Shown: piece after piece, positions 14,234 through 27,479 of the stretch
Position numbering within the stretch: the stretch's first letter is position 1
Layout of the letters: the number at the start of each line of letters is the position of its first letter
NCBI GenBank assembly: GCA_951406725.2
Contig: OX597830.1
Span: forward strand, 46,934,001-46,998,000
Source: Octopus vulgaris
Lineage: Eukaryota
DNA length: 64,000 bases
Direction: 5' to 3'
Made by a program: the position numbers and the translations under genes
Notes under the pieces: generated by a model
Databases searched by the model: none
Told to the model about the DNA's origin: nothing
The model's input: the letters and a program-made list of their open reading frames with translations, nothing else

Positions 14234-14243
<10 letters not shown>
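13928..14243 (+). mobile_element. Penelope-like pLTR remnant with inverted partial duplication
   Basis: 13975-14002 (ATATTGTTGTATTTCGGAATGGTCATT) is the reverse complement of 14217-14243; 14029-14243 is homologous to 36253-36470; contains a hammerhead motif. Confidence 0.65.
14079..14122 (+). ncRNA. Type I hammerhead ribozyme-like motif (A9->C variant)
   Basis: CCA-CTGATGC-G-GTCACA-gga-TGTGAC-GAAAG-aa-CTC|TGG: stem I CCA/TGG, 6-bp stem II, short stem III, CUC cleavage triplet. Confidence 0.7.
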
Positions 14244-14290
<47 letters not shown>

Positions 14291-14293
<3 letters not shown>

Positions 14294-14745
14294 GGCGCAG
14301 TGAATAAACTGTCGTCGAAATTACGCAAAAATGAAAATAACACTGACATCTCATTTTAACAGATACATTTACCAAAGTTACATTTAAAATATCTTGAAAT
14401 GCTAAAGAGTAAATTTATTCAATAAAATCACCATTGGCTTCTACCACAACCTTCAGCCGATTTCGGAATCTACTGCAACTCTTCTGGACGGTCTCCTTGT
14501 TTAAGTTGGTGAATACCGCCATAATCCTTACCTTCAGTTTGTCTTTGGTGTTACAAAGAGTTTTGTTAGTCACTTGCTCAGCTGCGCGCCACACATAATA
14601 ATCAAGGGGGTTGCAGTCTGGGGGTGGTCAGATTGTAGGTTCTTTGGGTCCCTAATATCCTTTGCGTCTCTGAGCAATTGCTGCGCAGTGTAGCCGTGCA
14701 TTAAGGCGGCATTGGTGACAGGTCTGCTCATCTGGAGTTGACCTG
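14291..14745 (-). mobile_element. Tc1/mariner (maT/DD37D-like) 3' fragment with TIR starting CAGGG after a TA run
   Basis: Minus strand gives CSRFRNRLKVVVEANGDFIE* and PDCNPLDYY.WRA; same family as 48074-48900. Confidence 0.75.
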
Positions 14746-14829
14746 TAATCAATCAAAAATACCACAACGACGACGACGACGACCACCACCACCACCACCA
14801 CCACCAATACTACTACTACTACTAATAAT

Positions 14830-14907
<78 letters not shown>

Positions 14908-15109
14908 TCTATGTAATCTCAAGTTTTAAGACAAACATAATTTTCGTATGGTTTTTTAGGTATTCACTAGTACAACACTAAATACAAAACCAAATATATG
15001 GCACCCTAGGCATAAGACCAACACGAACTTTCAACATGTTGTCCCTTGAGGTCTCTTGGTGAGACTTGGAGTCAGCTTGTGCAAATGTAAAGCAAAAGTC
15101 AAACATGGA

Positions 15110-15112
<3 letters not shown>
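14908..15112 (+). mobile_element. Probable 3'UTR of an R4/Dong-type LINE inserted within (TAA)n
   Basis: About 200 bp unique segment bracketed by (TAA)n at about 14830-14907 and 15113-15155. Confidence 0.45.
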
Positions 15113-15157
<45 letters not shown>

Positions 15158-15205
15158 TCGAAAATATACCTTAGAAAGGAGAACCCAGGTTCGAAATTTC
15201 CCCAA

Positions 15206-15248
15206 GACACCTGATGAAGGCTGGAGGGTATATCAGCCGAAACGTGTT
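15206..15248 (+). ncRNA. Hammerhead ribozyme-like motif, stem III/cleavage triplet apparently deleted
   Basis: GACAC-CTGATGA-A-GGCTG-gagggtatat-CAGCC-GAAAC-GTGTT: intact core and stem II; stem I GACAC/GTGTT abuts GAAAC with no NUH. Confidence 0.6.
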
Positions 15249-15839
15249 AACAACAAACAAGATGAGGACAAATATCCGTCAAATGTAAATAATGTAAATA
15301 ATGTTTTTATTTCAGGTAAATTTCACTATAAATTCTCGTAGATCAAGACTAGGAAAAGTTTCCTAGCCTTGATCTCCTAGTGTTGTTGATATTGATGGCG
15401 TTGTTGTCGTCAGCCAGATCAGCTTTATGCTTAAAGACATAACCATTCGTTTTTGCTACGAACATTTACATTAAATCATATGTACTTTTTTTTACAAATC
15501 GACAGGGTGAAATTTGAGGGGAAATTTGGTTCCTATTTCTAGCAAGTCGGACTGCCACACACAGAGGCACACTTATTAGTTTGAGTTCTGGAATGTAATA
15601 TAAACAGGTCATGCAAGGAGTGACGTAAGAAAACGCTTACGTCATTTACTAAAATGTTTTTGGTGCACATCACAGTTTTTGGAATTAGAGAATTCTTAGA
15701 TTACTTTAGAAGCTTAGAACGTGGACATTTTGTAAACAAATTCCGTACATACATAAGCCCACGCTCAATTTGTTTGGAATATTCATGTATAATACATATG
15801 TGTATATATGTATATGTATATAAAGACGTTTGCATATAG

Positions 15840-15905
<66 letters not shown>

Positions 15906-15927
15906 CATACATACATACATACATACA

Positions 15928-15959
<32 letters not shown>

Positions 15960-16927
15960 CACATGCATGTATGTATATACATATGTATGTGTGCTTGAGT
16001 GTGTGTGTGCGTGTTTCTGCTAATGCACTTTGGACATAAAAATCAAAGCCACTACCTGAAGCTGACAGATACTTTTGATCACGAAAGGTCAAACAAATGG
16101 AGGGAAACAAACATTTAGCCGTTCTCACGCACAGCTACCACCCCCACACGCACACATACACACACACACACACACGTGTGTGTATGTGTGTGTGTGTGTG
16201 TGTGTTCTGTGGGTTGGCTTGGTTATGTCTGTGTGGATAAAGTGTGCATGTACACACAGACATTTATAGAAGTAGGCAGACGGATGAAAGCATGTTCTCC
16301 AGACACAAATCAAATGAAATGACGATGTTAATATTAGTTTACGTAATGGAGAAAACTAACGAATGCTACAAATGAATATATATTTCCAAAAACTTGCACG
16401 AACAATAGATGAATATGTGTTAAAAAATAGATTGGGAATATTGATGCGAATTTTATCTGGAGCCCAATACACGGAGTTGAGAAAAGGAAGGTAACATGCA
16501 CTTTGTTAGTTCTGAGTAAGCGAAAAAGGTTCAAGTGTAGAGATGAATATTTCCCTTTTAAAATCTTTGGATTTCCTGGTTAAAAGCCTGGCACGGCATC
16601 GGTTTCTCTTGTTTATTTGGTTGTCGGTTCAGTGTCAACTTTCTAAATTTACGTCTCATGACAACGAGCTATTAACAACGGAGTGATTTATGAAAATATA
16701 AATATATGGCCAACTGCCAACATATACAGACCAGAGTGCGCACCCAGAGGAGATTTTCTTGCGGCTATTTACAGATAAAGCTAGATTTAAAATACGCTGA
16801 TCAAAATACATTTCGACGCAAATGAAATTTTAACAAATGGAAAATGTGTGTAACTTTGTAAAAACGGTGCTTTTATTATTTTATAAATAAAACTTTACAG
16901 GTACATATGTATATACCACACAAATAG

Positions 16928-16964
<37 letters not shown>

Positions 16965-16978
16965 ATATATATATACTT

Positions 16979-17011
<33 letters not shown>

Positions 17012-17239
17012 CATATATAAATATATGCTTACATGCATACATATGTATATATGTATATATGTATCTATATATATGTCGAAATAAATAAAGAAGCAATTAC
17101 TAAGGTTGATGCGTTGGTTATGAAACACATGATATCGGTAAAGAAATGTAATTAGCTTCCAGGACATGAGTTAAATTACATCTACCTGCAGGGCGCAAAG
17201 AAATCCTGAGCATTCGTACGCCTTCACTAGAAATAGAGT

Positions 17240-17301
17240 GAGAGAGAGAGAGAGTGATGAAGTCGAAAATAACGTCGGTCCTGTCTATCTTTATACAAGT
17301 G

Positions 17302-17399
<98 letters not shown>

Positions 17400-17444
17400 G
17401 AAGACGAAAATAACTTCGGTCCTGTCTATCTTTATACAAGTGAA
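17240..17444. repeat. Two copies of a (GA)n plus about 48-bp unit
   Basis: GAAAATAAC.TCGGTCCTGTCTATCTTTATACAAGTGAA at about 17265-17303 and 17406-17444, each preceded by (GA)n. Confidence 0.85.
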
Positions 17445-17685
17445 TTACAATGGCGGAAAATCAGTCCACCAGAAAACGTGAAACGCACAGATTTGGTGGC
17501 AGAGGCATGATACAACGTCGGCTTTTAACTTCAATATTATATCTAACAAAGAAGTTGGTTCAGACAATCTTCTAAATTTATGTTGCACAGGAGTAAGTTA
17601 TGAATAAACACATTGTTAAAAACATCAAGGTACTTTCCCTCGTCTGTGAGACATTAAGTGAGGCATCACAACGCCAAGCTGTTAA

Positions 17686-18105
17686 CATATTTCTTTACTG
17701 CCCACAAGGGGCTAAACATAGAGGGGACATACAAGGACAGACAAACGGATTAAGTCGATTACATCGACCCCAGTGCGAAACTCGTCCTTTATTTATCGAC
17801 CCCAAAAGGATGAAAGGCAAAGTCGGCCTCAGCGGAATTTGAACTCAGAACATAACGGCAGACGAAATACCTATTTCTTTACTACCCCCAAGGAGCTAAA
17901 CACAGAGAGGACAAACAAGGACAGACAAACGGATCAAGTTGATTATATCGACCCCAGTGCGTAACTGGTACTTAATTTATCGACCCCGAAAGGATGAAAG
18001 GCAAAGTCGACCTCGGCGGAATTTGAACTCAGAACGTAACGGCAGACGAAATACGGCTACTCATTTCGCCCGGCGTGCTAACGGTTCTGCCAGCAGGCCG
18101 CTTTT
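17686..18105 (-). mobile_element. SINE family C tandem dimer with an alternative 3' tail and 18-bp TSD
   Basis: Full monomer (about 18102-17872) plus 5'-truncated monomer (about 17871-17686); perfect direct repeats ACAACGCCAAGCTGTTAA at 17668-17685 and 18106-18123. Confidence 0.9.
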
Positions 18106-18813
18106 ACAACGCCAAGCTGTTAATAGCGATATTTTGGTTCTTCGGTAGGTGCCGTGTAGTCTTTTCTTTTCGTTCGTCCGTATGCCTATATTAACCGCTA
18201 CATACTTCCTTTAGCGCTGTCAAAGGGCAAAGAACACAACGCTGAAGATGGAGAGGTAACTGCTTCTATAATTACTGATACGTGGGGCGGGGTGTTATTC
18301 TGATATCATGAAGATGCTAAGGGCCTTATTAGAGAGTCGGAAAACGCAATTAATTAATTAATGTACTTTTATTTCCCTCCGTAGTTCTACATTTTACTTG
18401 CAAATGTCCGTACAGTTAATCTTGTCTCTCTCGTTTAGAAAATGTCGTGCCATGAATCGCTGGGTTAAACTGTGCATACAAATCCATGACCTCCCAGATC
18501 CGTACTCATTGTTCCTTTGTTTCGTTCGTACGTTTATCTGTTCTTTCGTCTCTCTCTCTCTGTCTCTCTTTGCTCCCTCCCTCTCACTCGTCATCCTTTC
18601 CGTCTCTCAAACGAACGTGCGCGCGCGAACACACACACACACACACATATTTATTTAATGCCTAAAACAACAAATCTTAACGGAAGTTGCATGTATATAT
18701 GTATGTCTGTGTGTGTGCGTATGTGCGTTTATTTGTGCACGAGTGTGTGTATGTGTGTATGCTCAGTGTGTGTAAGACAAACACAGTCGAAAGAAATGTC
18801 TTATTTTCAGTAT

Positions 18814-18977
18814 AGGCGCAGGAGTGGCTGTGTAGTAAGTAACTTGCTTACCAACCACATGGTTCCGGGTTCAGTCCCATTGCGTAGCACCCTGGGCAAG
18901 TGTCTTCTACTATAGCCTCGGGCCGACTAAAGCCTTGTGAATGGATTTGGTAGACGGAAACTGAAAGAAGTCCGTCG

Positions 18978-19060
<83 letters not shown>

Positions 19061-19340
19061 GTGTGTGTGTGTGTGTGTATGTGTGTGTGTGTGTGTGTGT
19101 GCATGTATGTGTGTGTGTGTGTGTGTGTGTGTATGTTTTTGTGTCCTCCAACATCTCTTGACAACCGATGCTGGTGTGTTTACGTCCCCGTGACTTAACG
19201 GTTCGGCAAAAGAGACTGATAGAATAAGTACTAGGCTTACAAAGAATAAGTGCTGGGGTCGATTTGCTCGACTAAAGGCAGTGCTCCAGCATGGCCGCAG
19301 TCAAAATGACTGAAACAAGTAAAAGAATAAAAGAATACAA
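18814..19340 (+). mobile_element. tRNA-derived SINE family B with internal (TA)n/(TG)n tract
   Basis: Head AGGCGCAGGAGTGGCTGTGTAGTAAG..GGTTCAGTCCC; tail GCTCCAGCATGGCCGCAGTC..(AAAAGAAT)n; homologous to 48151-48540. Confidence 0.88.
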
Positions 19341-20034
19341 AATACAATAATTTCGGGTGAATGGGGTGAGTCGATTCCATCGCCCCCCCAGTGTTCCACT
19401 GGTACTTATTTTATTGATCTCGAAAGGAAGAAAGCAAAAACGGACCTCAACGCAGGAGATAAAGACGGACGAAATGCCGTTAAGTACTTTGTTCAGCACG
19501 GTAGCGATTCTCGCAGTTCACCGTCTTAAAAAGAGTGCACATATTAAAAACATGATATTAAAACATTGAGCAAAATATATTAAATAAATCTCTTCACGTC
19601 CAACATCTATTTGCTTAAATATCACGGAAATATTTCACCAATTTCCATCACGAAATAGTATCTCAATGTTAAGGGCACCTCCTCTTAATTATACCACTCC
19701 TAGACTCATTTGAAACACACGTGCGCACACACATACACACACAGGCCTTATATATAAACACTTTTTCCATCAGATCTCTTCAATAAAACCACCTCAATAT
19801 ATTTTATTACGTTTCCACAAAACTTATCAGGTCACAGTTTACGTACGTATAAAAATTTACGTAGTTGCAAACACGCAACCTGCAGCAGATGCATCAAACA
19901 TTTATTATCAGCGGTTACAACTTAAAAAAAGAAAAAATATCTTTTCAGAAGTTACCCAGTTTTAATCAATAAAACAAACTCCTCACTAAATAACGTGCGA
20001 GGGAATGGTAAAACCGGACATGTAATATATATAC

Positions 20035-20098
<64 letters not shown>

Positions 20099-20691
20099 AC
20101 ATTAATACATAAATAAAACATATGCATATATACATACATATATGTACGTACCTACCTCTACATGTATATATACATGCATATATGGGTACAGGACACCCCC
20201 CCCAAAAAAACGTCGAACACAATGAGAAATGAAAACATAAACACAAAAACCAAGGAAATTGACATTTTTCTTAAACAACGAAAAAATAGAGTACAGGACA
20301 TACAAAACAAGGAAAATTCCCATTCTTCAGTCGCCTTTGTTTCATCTACTCCACGTTTCGAAGGTCAAGGCGATACATGACTTTAATGAAACATTCCTTC
20401 CCGCGAAAATCAAATTAAATAAAATTTGAGAATTTTTTGTGGAGGGGTAAAAATGGTTATAAAAACAGGACAGTACGACAGTACAAAATATAAACAGTAA
20501 AAGACAGGACAAGGAGAATAACAGTAACACAAGCAAGAAGGGCTGTTAAGCCGAACGAGATAAAATATTACGAACGCTATTATTGAGAACGGCAATGGAG
20601 CAACAGATAGTGCCGTCTCTACTTGAAGACAGCCAGGACAGAAAGACAGAAAGACAGATATATATGTATAGACACACACACACACACATGA

Positions 20692-20731
<40 letters not shown>

Positions 20732-20733
<2 letters not shown>

Positions 20734-21071
20734 GGGTAAAGACCCCCTTCGGTCATGAATGACCATGGGATTGCACCTAGAAAGTTACCCTCCTAGACAC
20801 AAGTCCGGGCAAGGTTGTTTATGGAAGACCAGCAGTCGCCCATGCATACCGGCCTCCCCTCTCCACGCCACCAGTGTTATCCAAGGGAAAGACAAAGGTC
20901 GATACAGCTTGGAACCAGTGACGTCGCAACTCATTTCTACAGCTGAGTGAACTGGAGCAACGTGAAATAAAGTGTTTTGCTCAAGAACACAACACGCAGC
21001 CCGGTCCGGGATTCGAGCTCACAACCTCACGATCGTAAGCTCGACGCTCTAACCACTGAGCCATGCGCCTT

Positions 21072-21072
<1 letters not shown>
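20732..21072 (-). mobile_element. tRNA-derived SINE family D, full length
   Basis: GAAGGCGCATGGCTCAGTGGTTAGAGCG (A box), AGCTCGAATCCC (B box), body, tail CATGACCGAAGGGGGTCTTTACCCCTTTA; inserted in (TA)n. Confidence 0.85.
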
Positions 21073-21113
<41 letters not shown>

Positions 21114-21242
21114 CAAATCCATGTGTGTGTGTGTGTCTTTGTGCGTGTGTTTCTTCTCATCACAGCTTCACAACCGTTGTTGGTGTGTTCACATTCACGT
21201 AACCTCGCAGTTCGACATAAGAGACAGATAGAATAAATATGA

Positions 21243-21357
<115 letters not shown>

Positions 21358-21645
21358 GTATATATATGATTCTGCCACAAATATAATACAAGGGACCAGG
21401 TAATTATTTTTGTTTCTAGTACTGATATAAATTTTCTAAAAATGGTTTATCCTCTATGAGGAGAGCGGTTTCTTTCAAATTGATGTAATATTTTCATTGA
21501 CCGATTAAATGGAGCCGCTTGAAACGGCCGCAATGCATTGTCACCTGGACGTTCTTGTTACTTATTTGCATTTTGTTCACTTAACTTCGAGCTGCGCGGG
21601 CTATACCTCACTTTTAGCACCTAACTCAACTGAGTCTTAATTATG

Positions 21646-22262
21646 TACACAAGGTGTGTAAGGTATTTGAGGCCAGATTTATGTTTATAAAGAAACAGAT
21701 ATATAATAACAGATAACTGTATTTATCTAAAAATGCTTCTCTTCTATAATGTTATCCAATGAAGCCACCTTCAGCTTCAACAGCTGCTTCTGTATGAGAT
21801 CTAAATCATCTCCATGCTCGAATCAAGCTTTGGTGTTATGGGCGTGTTCATCGACCTCTTTCTCAACAACGCTCCACATGTAATAGTCCAATGAATTGAG
21901 ATCTAGGGAATTAGGAGGCCTAATATTAGGAGTTGTGTGACCATGAACATTTTCAGCCATCCATTCCTGTGTTACTAGAGCCATGTGTGATAGTGCAGAG
22001 TCTTACTGAAACACATACAGCCTTCCATTGCATACAGTGTCTATCCAGGCCTTAACAATTATTTTCAGGACCTTAATGTTAGCGGCAGAGGTAACTCGAA
22101 GACCTGGAAAGAAGTAAGAATGCATCACATGTCCTTCATTGCTGAAAACCCTCAAAACCATGACAGCTGCAGGAAATTTTGTATGCATAACACTTGGAAC
22201 TTCAGAAGGGTTTGCACATAACCACCTGTCATTTCTTCTGTTAACTTTTTGATATTGGTCAA
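21646..22262 (-). mobile_element. maT/DD37D-like transposase catalytic-domain relic
   Basis: TKFPAAVMVL.VFSNEGHVM..YFF.GL.V....IKVL..IVK.WID.VCNGR.YVFQ, then PPNSLDLNSLDYY.WSVVE. Confidence 0.8.
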
Positions 22263-22299
22263 GTAAACAGAAGCGTTCTCTGTGGTACGAGCCCGTTGT

Positions 22300-23127
22300 T
22301 GTTCAGGCTTACGCTGCTAGAAGCCACTTATTGCGACCTTCAGGCATCATTCTACCGACCGGCGTCGTCCGCTGATGTCATACTGTCACGTGGTGCATGT
22401 TTGTTTTACTGTGCTTCGTCCCTGTTCGTCGATTTTTGCAATGGCTGAAACGAAGGAACAGAATGCTTCCGAGTAATTTTGTTTTCTGATGGGGAAAACG
22501 GCAGCTGAAACAGTTGTCATGCTTCGAACAGCTTACAAGGATGCTGCCATGCGCAAAACACACATTTACGAATGATTTCCTCGCTTTATGAATGGTCCCT
22601 TGTCACTTGAAGACCAACCTCGTTCAAGACGACCGTCGACCTTCCGAACGAACGAAAACACCAAGAACATTGATGAACTGGTCGTGGGGACCGTCAGCGA
22701 ACAATTGGCAAACTTGCTGACGAATTTGTTCTGCTCTTGTTACTGAGGAATAGCGAATGAAAAGAGTTGCAGCAAAATTTGTGTCTCACTTGCAGATCAA
22801 AGGCAGTCACGACTGAATGTGGGCCGTGAACTGAAAGAACAGTTGGAAATTGATCTGGACCTTTTTTCGAAGATCATCACGAGTGATGAAAGCTGGTGAT
22901 ATGGAATTTGCAGATGTGGAAGAAGTGAAGAAAAAAGCAACAGAGGCATCAAAAAGCATCACTTTGCAAGAGTTCCAGGATTGCTTCGAACGGTGGAAAA
23001 TGCGTCTGGACCGATGCATTGCTTCAAATGGAGAATATTTTGAAGGCGGTAAAAATGTAAACACGTAAAACTATGTGAATAAAATAATATTGCAAAGTTC
23101 CGGTTTGTTTTGAATACCTCTTCGTAT
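22300..23127 (+). mobile_element. Internally deleted mariner element
   Basis: GKTAAETVVMLRTAYKDAAM, EDQPRSRRPST, KIITSDESW joined directly to FADVEEVKK..FQDCFERWKMRLDRCIASNGEYFEG; TIR-like end TTTTGAATACCTCTTCGTA. Confidence 0.85.
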
Positions 23128-23129
23128 AC

Positions 23130-23480
<351 letters not shown>

Positions 23481-23481
23481 T

Positions 23482-23647
23482 CACGGGCTTCTTTCAGTTT
23501 CCGTCTGCCATATCCACTCAGAAGGCTTTGGTCGGCCCGAGGCTATAGCAGAAGAAGACACTTGATCAAAGTCATACACAGGGAAACTGAACCTGGGACC
23601 ATGCGGTTGGGAAGCAAACTCCTTGCCACACAACCACGCATGCGCCT
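23482..23647 (-). mobile_element. SINE family B 5' half
   Basis: Homologous to 48380-48540; runs into the (GATA)n tract at the family's internal microsatellite position. Confidence 0.8.
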
Positions 23648-23899
23648 GTATGTATACACACAACGCACAGTCATGTTTTTGCATGTTTTTCTGAGTGTAT
23701 GTTCGCACATCTGTAAGTTTGTATATAATCTGTCTGTAGTTATTTATTTTAATCTCTATATCGTCCGATACTTATTTATCTTTCGAATGGATATGCATTA
23801 TTTCACCGCTGGTTTTCTTATAAACACTATCGCGCCTGAATATATCTGCCTGCTAACGTTTATAAATACCGTGATTCTCCGTAATTTATTTATGTATCT

Positions 23900-24130
<231 letters not shown>

Positions 24131-24433
24131 GTTCTTGTTCTTGTTCTTGTTATTGTATATTCAAACCATTGCTGAACTTCTATCTCCGATCTGCACTGAA
24201 TCTTCGCTATTCAATATGGAGGTGCTGTTGCCGGCCTGCGTCTAATCAGTTCGGGTGCTTTGGAGGTTGTTTTTTTTTTATTCTTCTTCGTGATTCTATA
24301 ACTGAATTTATATATTGTACAATAAGTTTACACCCCGCACCCGCCCCAATATATGTGGGTATTTGTGTTTATCTATGTGTGTTTGTGTGTATGTATTGTA
24401 TCTATCTATCTTTATATATATATACATACACTC

Positions 24434-24469
<36 letters not shown>

Positions 24470-24813
24470 CTGTATGTATATGTATATGTGTATTATATAT
24501 GCGTGCATGTTTTGTGTGCATTATCTCATATAAGCAGGCAAATTGATAACCTTTATACTCTCTCACACACACACACGCGCATGCGCGTACCCCTACCCCC
24601 GCACGTTACATTACATAGACACGTTCAGAATGCTCCTGCTGAAACGTTCTCAATGCCAATGCGATAATTTATAACTTTGGTTTTAGCAGTCGGTCATACG
24701 ATGCTGTAGGGGAACCGCTCAATGACAGCACCTTTCTTCACACAAATGAGCTTCTGTTTCGTTTTTTTTTCTGGTGGCGTGGAGGGGCAGGCGGTAGATA
24801 TAAATAGTTGGAG

Positions 24814-24861
<48 letters not shown>

Positions 24862-25048
24862 AAGAGAGAAAGAGAGCGGGAGGAGAAATATATGGAAGAA
24901 AGGTGAAAGAAAGAGATGGAAGAAAAATTATGGGTTAAAGAGAGGCTGTGTATAAAGATGAAGTAAAATGGTAAGATTTGAGGAAAGGGGGGGAGAGACA
25001 GGTAGATACAATATATGTATACATGTGAACACACACACATATATATAC

Positions 25049-25113
<65 letters not shown>

Positions 25114-25580
25114 TACGTTACGTGTTGTGTTGTGTTTGTGTGTAGGTGCGTTTTGTCTCAGATTACGAAAGAACATGAACACGGTAGATAAGTTTAGTGC
25201 GAAAATATTTCACCGATAAGACACTTGAAAATAATGACCCTACAAATTCTACAAAAGGTGACTTCTCTACGAAGAAGATATGCAGGAAGCCGAAGATGAA
25301 TTGGAATCAATTGACCCGCGATACAAAGAAAAGTCGTTAACGCAAGAGAAAAGGCATTTCAAAATTCGGGCGAAGATTCTAAGATAATTAAACGGAGATC
25401 AACACTGCATTCACTCAATGCTTCCAACAGTTTGAACAACATTTATAAAATTGTTGAAAACTTTTCAGTCTTCCGTAGTCGGCCCTCGTTGAAACTTCGA
25501 AGTTACTGTCAACCTCTTTTATTTTGCTCAGACATATTGGCGAGATTCTTCCGTTCATATTCGAGTGTTTATGTTTAGCA

Positions 25581-25638
<58 letters not shown>

Positions 25639-25915
25639 CGGCTTGTTTCAGTTTCCGTCTACAATATCCATTTGCAAGGTTAGGCTGGCTATTCGGCTTA
25701 CGGTCGTGAAGTTGTGAGGTCGAAAACCGGCGGCGCGTTGCGTCACTGAGCAAGACACTTTATTTCACGTGGCTGCAGACCGCTCAGCTGACCTTGTCAC
25801 ATTCTGTGTCACGCCGAATTTCCCTGAGAACTACGTTAAGAGTACACGTGTCTGTGGAGTGCTCAACCACTTGCACGTTAATTTTACAAGCAGGCTGTTC
25901 CGTAACAGAGTGCCA

Positions 25916-25951
<36 letters not shown>

Positions 25952-26023
25952 ATGTGACCTCGTCTGTATCACTAGCGATTTTTTCCCCCTGTCTTCCCTT
26001 CTCGGGATCTTTCCTTCTCCTAT

Positions 26024-26058
26024 GTTTCCGACGAAGAGCTCCGCTCGAAACGTCAAAC
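26024..26058 (+). ncRNA. Minimal hammerhead ribozyme-like motif (Penelope type, U4->C)
   Basis: GTTT-CCGACGA-A-GAGC-tcc-GCTC-GAAACGTC|AAAC: stem I GTTT/AAAC, stem II GAGC/GCTC, palindromic ACGT stem III, GUC triplet. Confidence 0.72.
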
Positions 26059-26156
26059 CCTCCTTCTTCCCTTCTTTCCTGAGCGTCCAATAATACTTTA
26101 TTTGTTCCACGTCCTTGCGTTGTTGTTTTTTTGTTTTTGTTTTCTTGTTTGGATTA

Positions 26157-26202
<46 letters not shown>

Positions 26203-26344
26203 GTTGGAATTTACAAAAAAACAAACAAAAACAAACAAAAAAGAAAAAAAGAAACAAACAAAAACAAAGCATAACAAAAGACGAAGAAAGGGTGTGTAAA
26301 CAAGAAACAGCTGTATTAGTTTAATGCTCGGGAAGTGAGGAAGT

Positions 26345-26380
26345 CTTTTACCTTTCGAGCCTACGCTCTTCAACAGAAAG
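26345..26380 (-). ncRNA. Minimal hammerhead ribozyme-like motif, opposite strand (A6->U)
   Basis: Minus strand CTTT-CTGTTGA-A-GAGC-gtag-GCTC-GAAAGGTA|AAAG. Confidence 0.6.
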
Positions 26381-26421
26381 AAGCAGAGAAACTAAAAAAA
26401 AGGTTTAGTGGCTACCGATCA

Positions 26422-26494
<73 letters not shown>

Positions 26495-26513
26495 TTATAT
26501 GTATGTATATTTT

Positions 26514-26560
<47 letters not shown>

Positions 26561-26561
26561 G

Positions 26562-26665
<104 letters not shown>

Positions 26666-27479
26666 TTGATATGAAATGAACCCAAAATATGTTATTGCTA
26701 TTCAAACATTTCCTTGCGCATGTTTTAGCGTTTCATCACACATCGATTATCATCGTCAGATGGAATATATGGAAATGACGAAAATTTTTATTTTTTTATT
26801 TGACAAAACGGACTGCAATTGATTGAGTACGGATTACCGAGAAGTACTTAATGAAATATCCGAAATAACAATAACTCGTTTTTTTTTTTATTTCAGCCAT
26901 GGCTGTTGTCACTACGTTATAGCATGAGCCTGCATTCAGTATTTATGCCGTTTTAAGAATGAGAGTTTAACAGGTGGGGAATCGAGTTCTAATTCTTATG
27001 GTAACTGGTTGAGCACTTCAGCGCGCCAACATACGTACATACATACATACATACATACATACATACATACATACATACATACATACATACATACATACAT
27101 ACATACATACATACATACATACATACATACATACATACATACATACATACATACATACAAAACATGCAAGTGCTGGCCCGCACAGGCACTCATACACATA
27201 TATACACACGCTCACATTTAATGGCATCTAAATTGTCTCTCATTTTGGATGTGAGAAAGCTAGGAATGGACATGTTTAGATTTGTTTAAATGGTACGCTC
27301 ATGAGAACACAAAGCGTTTTAGCATGAATGTTGATATATAGAGAGAAATTAAATATATAAAAAAATATCGACGCATTAATGAGAAGCGAAATCATGTTAC
27401 TTTTTTTTGCCCAGAAGTGGGTGGTGTTTGTGGTGGTCGATATTTTCTGGTCTGTTTCAAATTCTTTGACAGAGGTTAA

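Noticed and set aside
26718-26765. Minus-strand CTGACGA...GAAACGCTA hammerhead candidate
   Set aside because: Stems I and II do not pair convincingly
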